DNA of 64,000 nt from Candidatus Limnocylindria bacterium (GCA_038207785.1 JBBQZK010000001.1:76149-140148), one strand, 5' to 3'; shown: positions 9,349-18,787, counted from the stretch's first letter. The notes: a model not told the origin generated them from the sequence alone. Made by a program: numbers and translations.

Positions 9349-10709
9349 CGGAGCTTCAGTGCAGCCGCGCCGAACAGGCCGCTCAGAACGCGGGCGGTCG
9401 TCGGGAAGGCGTGCATCGTCTGGGCGAGGGTGTCGATCGACGTGCCGAGCTTGATGGCGAGGACCGCCGCATGGATCGCTTCACCGGCGCCTTCGCCGGC
9501 GATGAACGCGCCGAGCAGCACCTTGCGCGTGCGATCGACCACGATCGCCAGATGCCCGATGTCGGCCTCGACGAGGTAGCCCTTCGTGCTCTTCGGGAAG
9601 CCGGTCGCCTCTTCGAACGCGTCGAGCCCGCGTTCCTGCGCCTGATCCAGGCGGAGGCCAACGGCCGCAGCCTCTGGGTCGGTGTACACGACGCGCGGCG
9701 TGGCGCTGAAGTCGACCCGCACGTCGTCGCCGAGCGCGATCCGCGCGGCCATCTCGCCTTCGTAGTGACCGAGATGGGTGGAGAGCTCGTGGCCGATCGG
9801 GTCGCCGATGGCGTAGACGTGATCGGCGACCCGCAGCCGATCATCGACCGTGATCGTGTCGCCACCGTCGTAGGTGACGCCGATCGTGTCGAGCCCGAGC
9901 GCGCCGAGGGCCTTCGCGGAGGTCCGGCCCACCGAAAGCTGGATGATCTCGCCCGAGACCGTCGTGCCGTCGGACAGCTCGACGAGATGCTCCGCGCCCA
10001 GGCCCGCCTTCGGCCGCACGCGCACCGCCCGGGCCGTATCCCGCACATCGACGCCGCTCCGGCGCAGCACGTCGGACAGGAACTCGGAGCTCTTCGGGTG
10101 GTCCGTGGGGTTCATCCGCCCGACGATCGTCGTGCGGACGCCATAGCGCGCGAGGTACTGCGCGATCTCGATGCCGGATGGACCGGCGCCGAGGATGACG
10201 ATGCTCTGTGGGAGCTCCCGGAGGCTCGTCGCCTCGACGTTCGTCCAGTAGCCCGCGGCCTCGAGGCCATCGAGCTTGGGGACCTTGCCGACCGAGCCGA
10301 CGGCGATGATCACGTCCTTCGCGCGGAGGTCGTGCGTCACGTTCTCGTGCGTGACCCTGACCGTGCCCGGTCCGGCGAGCGTCCCGGTCCCGCGGAACAC
10401 GGCTGCGCCGGCCTTCTCGAGCGCGTGCACGTGGCTGCCGTCATTTGGCTGCTCGGTCTTGATCCGGTTGACCATGTAGTCGCGGCGGTCGGAGGCCTTC
10501 TGCCATGGGTAGTCGCCGCCGTGGGCCGTGACCGCCGCGGCATGCAGCAGGGTCTTCGATGGCATGCAGGCCCAGTACGGGCACGAGCCGCCAAAGAGAT
10601 CGCGGTCCACGATCGCGACCGTCGCCCCTCGAGATCGCGCGTAATGCGTGGCGGCCTCGCCGGCCGCGCCGGCGCCGATCACGACGAAGTCATAGAGCGT
10701 CTCGGTCAC
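9345..10709 (-). CDS. Class I pyridine nucleotide-disulfide oxidoreductase (MerA/RclA/Lpd-like)
   Basis: VVIGAGAAG, GGSCPYWACMPSK redox disulfide, ILGAGPSGIE, YAIGD, C-terminal HAFPT. Confidence 0.88.
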   Translation of the reverse strand: MTETLYDFVVIGAGAAGEAATHYARSRGATVAIVDRDLFGGSCPYWACMPSKTLLHAAAVTAHGGDYPWQKASDRRDYMVNRIKTEQPNDGSHVHALEKAGAAVFRGTGTLAGPGTVRVTHENVTHDLRAKDVIIAVGSVGKVPKLDGLEAAGYWTNVEATSLRELPQSIVILGAGPSGIEIAQYLARYGVRTTIVGRMNPTDHPKSSEFLSDVLRRSGVDVRDTARAVRVRPKAGLGAEHLVELSDGTTVSGEIIQLSVGRTSAKALGALGLDTIGVTYDGGDTITVDDRLRVADHVYAIGDPIGHELSTHLGHYEGEMAARIALGDDVRVDFSATPRVVYTDPEAAAVGLRLDQAQERGLDAFEEATGFPKSTKGYLVEADIGHLAIVVDRTRKVLLGAFIAGEGAGEAIHAAVLAIKLGTSIDTLAQTMHAFPTTARVLSGLFGAAALKLR

Positions 10710-11104
10710 AGCGCGCGGTACCAGAGCTCGGCGCCGCGCTTCGCCACGAAGACGTCAAGCCGGGAACCGCTCCAGACGCAGCTCACCGCGTCTCCTGCCG
10801 GCGCATCAGCGACGACCTCCCAGTCCACCCATCGCGTCGCATCCCACCACCGATGATGGAGGCGCCCGTCGGTGCCGAACGCGAAGACGTCGATGCGGTC
10901 GGCACCGCGTGCGGCCGCCGCCGGCTGGCCGGTGAACCCGGCGCCCAGCGACTTCCAGTCATGCCACCGTGCCCCGTCCCAGTACCGGTCGCGCAGCTCT
11001 CCGTCGTCGTGGATGGCGAAGAGCTCGCACTCTCCGCCATCGCCCCACGACGCGACGGCCGGGCTCGACACGAGCCTGCCGCCGAGCGAGATCCAGCCGC
11101 CTAT
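10706..11104 (-). CDS. Small protein made of PLL/fucose-lectin-like beta-propeller repeats
   Basis: About three repeats of W.SLGG...S.PAV.SW...D.FA...DG.L..RWWDG..W; the repeat extends upstream of GTG 11071 to an ATA at 11104. Confidence 0.65.
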   Translation of the reverse strand: MGGWISLGGRLVSSPAVASWGDGGECELFAIHDDGELRDRYWDGARWHDWKSLGAGFTGQPAAAARGADRIDVFAFGTDGRLHHRWWDATRWVDWEVVADAPAGDAVSCVWSGSRLDVFVAKRGAELWYRAL

Positions 11105-12039
11105 TTGATCAGGCCCTGCTTCTTGAGCCAGTCCTTCGCGACATCCTTCGGGTCCTTCTTGTCGACCGCGACGAGCTTGTTCATGCCGTTGAGCTCGTCC
11201 TGCGAGAGCTTGGCGCTGATGCTGTTCAGCACCTTCCTGATGGTCCCGTCGTCCTTCGTGAGCAGGTCGTCGCGCACCACGGGCGCGATGTTGTCCGAGA
11301 GCTGCAGGTGCTTGTCGTCGTCAAGGAGAACGAAGCCCTTCGCGACGATCGTCGGATCGCTCGTGAAGAGGAGCGCGACGTCGATCTGCTTTCCGTCGAG
11401 CGCCGCGACGGTCAGCGGACCCCCGGCGTCGAGCGGCTTGAAGTCCTTGAACTTGATCCCGTAGGTCTGCTCGAGGCCCGGCTTGCAGAACGGCCGCTGC
11501 GGACTCGGGCACTCCGGCGGCCCGCCGAGCACGAGCTGGCCCTGCGCACTGCCTGATGCGATGTCCGAGAGCTTCTTCAGGTTGTACTTGGTCGCGGTGT
11601 CCTTCGTGACCACGAATCCGTTCTGGTCGGTCGCGGCCGCGGCGTCGAGGACCGTGAGCTTCTTCGTCGAGAGCACGGTCTGGAGGGTCTTGGCGGTCTC
11701 CTTCGGATCGGTCGAGGCCTTTGCGTTCTTGTCCACGAAGGAAAGGAGCGTCGCCAGGTATTCGGCGTCGATGTCGATCTGCCCGGACTCGAGGGCCGGC
11801 TGGACGATCTCACGGTTGCCGAGGTTGAACTTGCGCTCGACGGTGTACCCGCTGTTCTCGAGGGCCTGGGCATACAGCTCCGCGAGGATCCCCTGCTCGA
11901 AGAAGTTGGTCGAGCCGATCTTCACGGTGGGTTTCGGCCCGCCGGTGCCGGCGGCGCCGCCGGTGCTCGCCCCGCCGCAGGCGCTCGCGACGAACACAGC
12001 GACCAAGAGGGCGATCGCGACACGGAATGATGCGCGCAT
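11101..12039 (-). CDS. Osmoprotectant-family (OpuAC/OsmF) ABC substrate-binding lipoprotein
   Basis: Lipobox ASAC; IGSTNFFEQ.ILAELY, EYLAT, LDDDKH; GAAGGAG RBS. Confidence 0.9.
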   Translation of the reverse strand: MRASFRVAIALLVAVFVASACGGASTGGAAGTGGPKPTVKIGSTNFFEQGILAELYAQALENSGYTVERKFNLGNREIVQPALESGQIDIDAEYLATLLSFVDKNAKASTDPKETAKTLQTVLSTKKLTVLDAAAATDQNGFVVTKDTATKYNLKKLSDIASGSAQGQLVLGGPPECPSPQRPFCKPGLEQTYGIKFKDFKPLDAGGPLTVAALDGKQIDVALLFTSDPTIVAKGFVLLDDDKHLQLSDNIAPVVRDDLLTKDDGTIRKVLNSISAKLSQDELNGMNKLVAVDKKDPKDVAKDWLKKQGLIK

Positions 12040-12114
12040 GAGGGACTCCTTCCGGGCCGCAGCGCTGAGTCTCTCGGCCCACGTGGACAGTACCCCGCCT
12101 TGGTGGGGCTTGCC

Positions 12115-12822
12115 CTACAACGTACCCGGCGCCGCACGTAATCCCGGAGAGGTCGCGCGGCGCTCGAATGTGCCAAATGCCACTTCCGCGGTGATGGCCA
12201 GGGCCGCGACAAGGAGCGCGCCGGCGAACAAGCGGTCGTACTCCCGCAGGGCGAGCCCGTCGACGATGTAGCGGCCAAGCCCGCCACCCGCCACGAGAGC
12301 GCCGAGGGTCGCGGTCGCCACGACGTTCACGGCTGCCGTGCGCATCCCCGCGAGCACGAGCGGGAGGGCGAGGGGGATCTCGATCCTGCGCAGGATGCCG
12401 ACCTCGCCCATGCCCATGCCGCGCGCCGACTCGATGACGTCCCGGTCGACGGCGCTCGTGCCGGCATAGGCGTTCGTCAGCATCGGGGGGATCGCCAGCG
12501 GGATGAGCGAGAAGAGGGTCGGCCAGAACCCCAGGCCGAGGCCAAGCGCGAACGCGACCGGGAGGGCGAAGGCGAGGAGGGCCAGCGAGGGCAGCGCCCG
12601 GCCGACGTTCGCCACGCTGACCGCGACGAAGCCGAAGCGGCCGGTGTGTCCGAGGTACAGGCCGATCGGCAGCGCCACGAGGGCGCCAAGGAGCACCGCG
12701 AGGATCGAGAGCTCGAGGTGCTCGAGGACGCGGGTCTGGATGGCGTCGCTGCCCCGGTAGTGGGCCGCGTCGGTGAACCAGCGCAGCGTGTCGAAGAGCA
12801 GGCTCAGAGCAGATGCGTCCAC
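12115..12822 (-). CDS. Osmoprotectant-family ABC permease
   Basis: GRALPSLA, ESARGMGM EAA loop, GGGLG. Confidence 0.9.
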   Translation of the reverse strand: MDASALSLLFDTLRWFTDAAHYRGSDAIQTRVLEHLELSILAVLLGALVALPIGLYLGHTGRFGFVAVSVANVGRALPSLALLAFALPVAFALGLGLGFWPTLFSLIPLAIPPMLTNAYAGTSAVDRDVIESARGMGMGEVGILRRIEIPLALPLVLAGMRTAAVNVVATATLGALVAGGGLGRYIVDGLALREYDRLFAGALLVAALAITAEVAFGTFERRATSPGLRAAPGTL

Positions 12823-13457
12823 GGTGTCAGGCGCCGCTGGGCCAACACGAGGAGCGCGTCCGCTGCGATGGCCAGCAGGACCGAGCAGACGGCGCCGACG
12901 ATGAGCTCGGTCGAGAAGAATCGCTGGATGCCGATGAGGATGAAGAACCCAAAGCCGCCCTGCCCGATGAGCGCGGTCACGGTGACGAGGCCGATCGTGC
13001 TGATCGTCGCGATCCGCACACCCGCGATGATCACGCCGAGCGCGAGCGGCACCTCTACGCGCCAGAGGCGCTCGCGCGCGGTGTAGCCCATGCCGGTCGC
13101 GGCTTCGATGACATCGGCGGGCACGTCGCGAATGCCACGCACGATGTTCCTGATGAGGATGAGGAGCGTGTAGCTGACAAGGCCGATCTCGGCCGTGAGG
13201 ATCGACAGTCCCGTGTACGGGATGAGCAGCGCGAACAGCGCGAGGCTCGGGATCGTGTAGAGCGTGCCCGTGACCGCCGTCACCGGGCCTTCGAGCCGCG
13301 GCCGACGGATAACAAGGAGCGCGAGGCCGAACGCGACGACGAAGCCCACGCCCACGGCGATGACCGTGAGCTCGACGTGCTCGAGGAGTCGTTGGCCGAT
13401 CTCGTCGGCGTGGCCCGCGATCCAGTCCCAGCGGATGAGCGGCTCGCCTTCCGTCAC
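12804..13457 (-). CDS. Osmoprotectant-family ABC permease
   Basis: YTIPSLALF, EAATGMGY EAA loop. Confidence 0.9.
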   Translation of the reverse strand: MTEGEPLIRWDWIAGHADEIGQRLLEHVELTVIAVGVGFVVAFGLALLVIRRPRLEGPVTAVTGTLYTIPSLALFALLIPYTGLSILTAEIGLVSYTLLILIRNIVRGIRDVPADVIEAATGMGYTARERLWRVEVPLALGVIIAGVRIATISTIGLVTVTALIGQGGFGFFILIGIQRFFSTELIVGAVCSVLLAIAADALLVLAQRRLTPWTHLL

Positions 13458-14428
13458 GCGGCGGTCCGGAGCATCCGGCCGATGGTCGCGAGGGTCAGGA
13501 CGCCGAGATAGCGATCGCCGTCGACGACGACGGCGGTCTGCGAGTCGCGCTCGAGCATCCGGGCCAACGCATCGCGCAGGGTCGTCGAGGGCGCGACGAC
13601 CGGAGCCTTCGGCGATGCGGAGGCCCGATCGACACCGGCGTCGACATCCGCACCACCGACGGTGAGGAGCCCGAGCAGCTTCAGGCCGCGATCGGAACCC
13701 ACGAACTGAGCGACGAAGTCGTTCACTGGGTGCGCGAGCAGCTCGCCAGGCGGGGCGTACTGCACGAGCGTGCCCGCACGCATCACCGCCACCCGGTCGC
13801 CGAGCCTGATGGCCTCGTCGATGTCGTGGGTCACGAACAGGATGGTGGTGCCGAGCTCGCGCTGGATGCGCAGGAGCTCGCTCTGCAGGCGCTCGCGGAC
13901 GATCGGGTCCACCGCGCCGAACGGCTCGTCCATGAGCATCACCGGCGGCTCGGCCGCGAGCGCGCGTGCGACCCCCGCGCGCTGCCGCTCGCCCCCCGAA
14001 AGCTGCGCCGGGTAGCGCCCGGCGTAGCGGCTCGGCTCCAGGCCGACCAGGGCGAGCAGCTCGGTGACCCGCGCGGCCGTGCGCCCGGCCTCCCAGCCGA
14101 GCAGGCGGGGGACGGTCCCGACGTTCTCAGCGACGGTCTGGTGCGGGAACAGCCCGACCTGCTGGATGACGTAGCCGATGCGCCGGCGGAGCTGCACCGG
14201 GTCTTCCCGGAGGACGTCCTGGCCGTCGATGAGGATCGCTCCCGACGTCGGCTCGATGAGCCGGTTCACCATCTTCAGCGACGTCGTCTTGCCCGAGCCG
14301 CTCGGCCCGACGAGCACGCAGATCTTGCCCGCGGGGACCGTGAACGAGAGGCTGTCGACCGCGACCTGATCGGCGTAGCGCTTGGTGACGTCGCGGAACT
14401 CGACGGTCGCGCCGCGTTCTGCTGGCAT
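13454..14428 (-). CDS. Osmoprotectant-family ABC ATPase (OpuCA/ProV-like) with C-terminal CBS
   Basis: GPSGSGKTT, LSGGERQR, LMDEPFGAVDP, FVTHDIDEA. Confidence 0.93.
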   Translation of the reverse strand: MPAERGATVEFRDVTKRYADQVAVDSLSFTVPAGKICVLVGPSGSGKTTSLKMVNRLIEPTSGAILIDGQDVLREDPVQLRRRIGYVIQQVGLFPHQTVAENVGTVPRLLGWEAGRTAARVTELLALVGLEPSRYAGRYPAQLSGGERQRAGVARALAAEPPVMLMDEPFGAVDPIVRERLQSELLRIQRELGTTILFVTHDIDEAIRLGDRVAVMRAGTLVQYAPPGELLAHPVNDFVAQFVGSDRGLKLLGLLTVGGADVDAGVDRASASPKAPVVAPSTTLRDALARMLERDSQTAVVVDGDRYLGVLTLATIGRMLRTAA

Positions 14429-14434
14429 TCGCGG

Positions 14435-14440
14435 AGGGTA
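14435..14440 (-). promoter_or_regulatory. -10 element (TACCCT) of a putative leaderless promoter
   Basis: TANNNT 6 nt upstream of ATG 14428, no SD. Confidence 0.5.
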
Positions 14441-14498
14441 GCGGCTCAGGGATCCGACCCGGCCCGGACGCGCTACCTGCCATCAGGAGGGACTCGCC

Positions 14499-15500
14499 AT
14501 GTGGCGCCGCCTGTCCGCGCTCGTCGCCGCGTCGATCTTCACCGCCCTGAGCTGCGTTTCGCCGGCCGGCAACGCGCCCGCCGCCGCGAGCCCGACCGCG
14601 ACGCAAGGCCCGGCGGCCGGTTCCCAGCCGTGCGCGTCGGGCGGACTGGTGGCGAGCACGGTCGAGCCGCCGACCGCGACCGCGACCCCCGCGGCGACGG
14701 CCGCCGCGACGACCGCTCCGGCCGCCACGCCCGCGTCGCCGACGCCGACCCCGCGACCCGCGCCGACGACCGACCGGGTCGGTTTCCCCGAGGGTTACCA
14801 GACCGCGTTCAAGTTCCTCTACGTGTACGACCGGCTGGACGCGAAGTCCATCAGCTACGTCTGCGGCAACGAACCGGCCGCATCAGCCCGCCAGGGTCAG
14901 CCCTTTCCGTTCGGCAGCGTCGTCGTCTTCGAATCGTGGCGCCCGAAGGAGGATGCCGCGGGGAACACGATCAGGGACGCGAACGGACACCTCATCCGGG
15001 CAACGCTCAACGCGATCTTCGTGATGCGGAAGGAGGCCGGCTTCGGCGAGGCGTACCAGCAGTTCCGCACCGGCGAATGGGAGTACGTGGCCTACCGGCC
15101 GGACAAGACCTTCCAGACGCCGCCGCAGCTGACCGCGACCTGCTCGGCATGCCATCAGGCGTCGAACAAGGACCGCGATTGGACGATGCGCGCCTGGACG
15201 CTTCCGTTCACTCCAACGCGCTACGCCGCCGCGCCGCTCCCGGGCCAGAACGAGATCAGCCTCAATCGGATGGCGTTCTTCCCGAACGCGGTGACCGTCG
15301 CCGTCGGCACCACGGTCAAGTGGATCAACAGCCAGGTGGACCAGCTCGACCACAACGTCGCGGCGCCCGACGGCTCGTTCACCTCGGGCGTGCTGAAGCC
15401 CGGTGCCTCATTCTCGTTCACCTTCGCGAAGGCTGGGACCTACCAATACGTGTGCTCGATCCATCCCGACCAGATGCGCGCCCGGATCGAGGTCAAGTAG
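14499..15500 (+). CDS. Lipoprotein: P/A/T-rich linker + cytochrome P460/c'-beta domain + C-terminal cupredoxin (type-1 Cu)
   Basis: Lipobox ALSC; FPEGY...FPFGSVVVFE...FVMRK...GEWEY...CSACH; DHNV...YQYVCSIHPDQM; AGGAGG RBS. Confidence 0.85.
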   Translation: MWRRLSALVAASIFTALSCVSPAGNAPAAASPTATQGPAAGSQPCASGGLVASTVEPPTATATPAATAAATTAPAATPASPTPTPRPAPTTDRVGFPEGYQTAFKFLYVYDRLDAKSISYVCGNEPAASARQGQPFPFGSVVVFESWRPKEDAAGNTIRDANGHLIRATLNAIFVMRKEAGFGEAYQQFRTGEWEYVAYRPDKTFQTPPQLTATCSACHQASNKDRDWTMRAWTLPFTPTRYAAAPLPGQNEISLNRMAFFPNAVTVAVGTTVKWINSQVDQLDHNVAAPDGSFTSGVLKPGASFSFTFAKAGTYQYVCSIHPDQMRARIEVK

Positions 15501-15573
15501 CGACTGCGCGGCGCGATCGCCTCCGTGAGCTCGCCGGTACCACCGCCGCCGCGGTCGCCGCCCTCCGGAACGG

Positions 15574-16200
15574 CTAACGCGGCGCGGTGAGGATCGTTGA
15601 TCCGCCGGCGTCCGTTGCCGCCGGTGCCTCGAGCACGACGCGAGCCCGCTGGTAGGCGATCCCCACGGCGTCGGCGCGGTACACGAAGTACCCGAAGCCC
15701 GCGTCATTCGGAGTCAGCGTCCCGATGCGCCGGCCGTCGAGATACAGGTGGTACTCGCGACCGGCCGGTGCCTGGGGAAGCCGTCCGGCCATCGCGACGA
15801 CGTAGGGCATGTCGGGCCGGACGAAGATCTTCCCGTAGGGCGCCGTCGGCGAATCGTCCGTCGTCGATCGGAGGATCGTCTTGGCGACGTTCCGCGCGTC
15901 AACGACGTCGAAGACGACCTCGTCCTTCGCCGCGGCCGCCTCGAACTGCGCGCGCAGGCTCCGCTCCTGAGCCAGCGCCGCGTTCTGCGACAGTCCCCAC
16001 GCGAGCGACGCGCCGAGGAGGAGCAGCGCCAGGGCAGCGAAGATGAGCGTGGACCGGGGAGCCCAGACCCGAGCCCGCGACCGGCCACGGCGCGATACCT
16101 CGCGGAGCAGCCGCTCCCGCAGCGCGGGGTCCGGCCGGGCCACGCGCGCTTCGAGGGCCGCGCCGAGGGCCTCGCTCGCCTCGTTCAGCTCGTGATCCAT
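15574..16200 (-). CDS. Anti-sigma factor, RskA-like (single TM)
   Basis: P.P.LRERLL, TM segment, GRLPQAPAGREYHLYL, VVLEAP; follows the ECF sigma gene. Confidence 0.8.
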   Translation of the reverse strand: MDHELNEASEALGAALEARVARPDPALRERLLREVSRRGRSRARVWAPRSTLIFAALALLLLGASLAWGLSQNAALAQERSLRAQFEAAAAKDEVVFDVVDARNVAKTILRSTTDDSPTAPYGKIFVRPDMPYVVAMAGRLPQAPAGREYHLYLDGRRIGTLTPNDAGFGYFVYRADAVGIAYQRARVVLEAPAATDAGGSTILTAPR

Positions 16201-16209
16201 CGTTCCGTC

Positions 16210-16800
16210 CTAGCCCGCGCTCGCCCGCGTGGATCCACGTTCAGCCAGGGCGCCTCGCAGCTTCGCGAGGCCGAGGCGCGTGCGCTTCTTCACGGTGCCG
16301 AGCGGGATGGAGGTCGCGGCCGCGATCTCGGACTGCGAGAGACCACCGAAGTACGCGAGGACGATGACCCGCCGCTGGTCAGGCGGAAGGTCGCGCACCG
16401 CTGCCGCGAGCGTAGCGTCGCGCTCGGCGATCCAAGCGCGCGACTCCACGGACGGAGCGGGATCGACGGTGTGCGCGAGAAGCTCATCGATCTCCTCCGC
16501 CGCGGTGAACCGCCGCTCCCGGCCGCGCCGGCGCGCCCGCCGAAGGATCTCGTGCCGGGCGATCGCGCCGAACCACGCGCCGAAGCGCCCGCGCGCCGGA
16601 TCGAACTGGCCGGCCTTGTCCCACAGCTGGACGAAGACCTCTTGGATGACATCGTCGGCCTCCGGGACGCCGAGGAGATGGGCCGCCCAGGCGTAGGTCC
16701 GCCCCGCGTACCGGTCGTAGAGCGTGCCGAACGCCGCGAGGTCGCCATCGGCGACGCGCGTCGCGAGCGCCTCGTCGGACGGCTCGATGGTCTGGAGCAC
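16210..16800 (-). CDS. ECF RNA polymerase sigma-70 factor (SigK-like)
   Basis: AFGTLYDRY, DVIQEVFVQLW..A.QFD..RG, LAYFGGLSQSEIA...IPLGTVKKRTRLGL. Confidence 0.92.
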   Translation of the reverse strand: MLQTIEPSDEALATRVADGDLAAFGTLYDRYAGRTYAWAAHLLGVPEADDVIQEVFVQLWDKAGQFDPARGRFGAWFGAIARHEILRRARRRGRERRFTAAEEIDELLAHTVDPAPSVESRAWIAERDATLAAAVRDLPPDQRRVIVLAYFGGLSQSEIAAATSIPLGTVKKRTRLGLAKLRGALAERGSTRASAG

Positions 16801-16806
16801 GCAGCG

Positions 16807-16812
16807 ATGGTA
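16807..16812 (-). promoter_or_regulatory. -10 element (TACCAT) of a putative leaderless promoter
   Basis: TANNNT 6 nt upstream of GTG 16800. Confidence 0.5.
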
Positions 16813-17000
16813 GTCATCGGGCTCGCGATCGGACCCCTACGAGGGACGGGCTACGCCCTCCTCGCGATCAGCGACGACCGTCTCGCCGACCGTCACGGCC
16901 GGTTCCCCTACTCGCTGACCTGGGCAGCCGCCACATCCGCGGCCTCGGCGTGCTCGACGTGCGCGTACCGCGGGGCACCGGGGTCCTGGGGCTCGCCGCA

Positions 17001-17477
17001 TCAGGCGAGAATGCGCTCCCGCCGCGCCGTCACCCGTCCGGTGTTGAAGCCGAGCCAGTGCATCCGACCAAGGTGCCGGGCGTGCTCCACCTTCATACAG
17101 CGGTCCATCACGACGTCGAGCCCGGCGGCGGCGGCGATCTTCGCGCCTTCCGGGCTGATGACGCCGAACTGCAGCCAGAGGGTCTTCGCCCCGATCGCCA
17201 CAGCATCGCGGGCGATGTCGGGGACCGCGTCGGGCTTCCGGAAGACGTCGACGACATCGACCGGGAACGGAATGTCCTTCAGCGACGGGTAGCTCTTCTC
17301 GCCGAGGATCTCGGTCTCGCGCGGGTTCACCGGAACGATCGTGTAGCCGTGCCGCTTCAGGTAGAAGCCAATGAAGTTGCTCGGCCGGAGCGGGTCCTTC
17401 GACAGGCCCACGATCGCGACCGTCCGCGCTCCGACCAACGTCGCGTGGATCGTCTTGCTGTCCTCGTGGGCGCTCAC
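17001..17477 (-). CDS. CoA-binding protein (YccU family)
   Basis: VAIVGLS..P.RPS, PVNP, VDVVDVFR, LWLQFG, VVMDRCMKVEH. Confidence 0.92.
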   Translation of the reverse strand: MSAHEDSKTIHATLVGARTVAIVGLSKDPLRPSNFIGFYLKRHGYTIVPVNPRETEILGEKSYPSLKDIPFPVDVVDVFRKPDAVPDIARDAVAIGAKTLWLQFGVISPEGAKIAAAAGLDVVMDRCMKVEHARHLGRMHWLGFNTGRVTARRERILA

Positions 17478-18787
17478 GCGCGGGCCGCCGCGGCCAGGCC
17501 GCCCTGCAGGTCGCGGGTGAGGTCGGCGAGGGTCTCGAGCCCGACCGACAGCCGGATGGTGCCCGGGCCGACGCCGGCGGCCGCGAGCTCGGCGTCGCTC
17601 AGCTGGCGGTGGGTCGTGCTCGCCGGGTGGATGACCAGGCTCTTCGCGTCGCCGACGTTGGCGAGGTGGCTCCAGAGCTCGAGCCCGCCGATGAACCGCT
17701 GGCCCGCCTCGCGCCCGCCCTTCAGGTCGAACACGAAGACCGCGCCCGCGCCCCGCGGGAGGTAACGCTTCACCAGCGCGCGGTACGGGCTCGCCTCGAG
17801 CCCGGGATAGCGCACGCCCGCGACGGCCGGGTGGCCCTCAAGGAACCGCGCGACGCCGGCCGCGTTCTCGACGTGGCGGGCCATCCGCAGCGGCAGCGTC
17901 TCGAGGCCGAGGAGGAACAGGAACGAGTTGAACGGCGAGAGCGCCGACCCGAGGTCGCGCAGCGACTCGGCGCGCAGCTTCATGAGGTATCCGTACATCC
18001 CGAACGTCTCGTGGAACGCGAGCCCGTGGTACGCCGGCGACGGATCGGCCACCACCGGGAAGCGGCCGTTGGACCAGTCGAAGGTGCCGGCCTCGACGAC
18101 GATGCCGCCGATGCTCGTCCCGTGCCCGCCGATGAACTTCGTGGCCGAGTGCACGACGATGTCGGCGCCGTGCTCGATGGGCCGGCACAGGTACGGGGTC
18201 GCGAATGTGGAGTCGACCATGAGCGGGGCGCCGATGCCATGCGCGATCTCCGCGACCGCGGCGATGTCGAGCACGTTCCCGCCGGGGTTCCCGATCGTCT
18301 CGCCGTACAGCAGCTTCGTGTTCGGCGTGAGGGCCGAACGCCATGCCTGCAGGTCGTCCGGGTCGACGAACGTGACGGTGATCGAGAGCTTGCGCGCGAG
18401 GTGCTTGAGCTGCGTCACCGTGCCGCCGTACAGGGCCGCGGACGCGACGATGTGATCGCCCGGCGTGAGCATCGTGAACAGGGCGGCGGCCTGCGCGGCG
18501 AGTCCGCTCGCGAACGCGACGGCCCCGGCCCCGCCCTCGAGGCTCGCGACGCGCTCCTCGAAGACCGCGGTCGTCGGGTTCATGATCCGCGAGTAGGTAT
18601 TCCCGTATTCCTGGAGGTTGAAGTACGCGGCCGCCGATTCGGGATCCTCGAACACGTACGAGGTCGTCTGGAAGATCGGCGTGGCCCGTGCGCCGGTGTA
18701 GGGATCGGGCCGCTGGCCGGCGTGGATCGCCCGGGTGTCGAACCCGAAGTCGCGCGTCCCCTGCTCGCCGGCGGATTCCTGCGTCAT
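17474..18787 (-). CDS. metY: O-acetylhomoserine aminocarboxypropyltransferase (sulfhydrylase)
   Basis: [29 protein letters not shown] (PLP Lys), [20 protein letters not shown]. Confidence 0.93.
   Translation of the reverse strand: MTQESAGEQGTRDFGFDTRAIHAGQRPDPYTGARATPIFQTTSYVFEDPESAAAYFNLQEYGNTYSRIMNPTTAVFEERVASLEGGAGAVAFASGLAAQAAALFTMLTPGDHIVASAALYGGTVTQLKHLARKLSITVTFVDPDDLQAWRSALTPNTKLLYGETIGNPGGNVLDIAAVAEIAHGIGAPLMVDSTFATPYLCRPIEHGADIVVHSATKFIGGHGTSIGGIVVEAGTFDWSNGRFPVVADPSPAYHGLAFHETFGMYGYLMKLRAESLRDLGSALSPFNSFLFLLGLETLPLRMARHVENAAGVARFLEGHPAVAGVRYPGLEASPYRALVKRYLPRGAGAVFVFDLKGGREAGQRFIGGLELWSHLANVGDAKSLVIHPASTTHRQLSDAELAAAGVGPGTIRLSVGLETLADLTRDLQGGLAAAARA

Noticed and set aside
14655-14775. 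Repetitive CCGCGA/CGCCGA-like tract
   Set aside because: Encodes the Pro/Ala/Thr linker of the lipoprotein; not a CRISPR array or independent repeat.
16813-17000. Intergenic stretch with a hairpin (about 16839-16864) and a possible 54-aa minus-strand ORF
   Set aside because: Poor codon bias and no motif in the ORF; the hairpin has no U-tract and GC-rich hairpins arise by chance.
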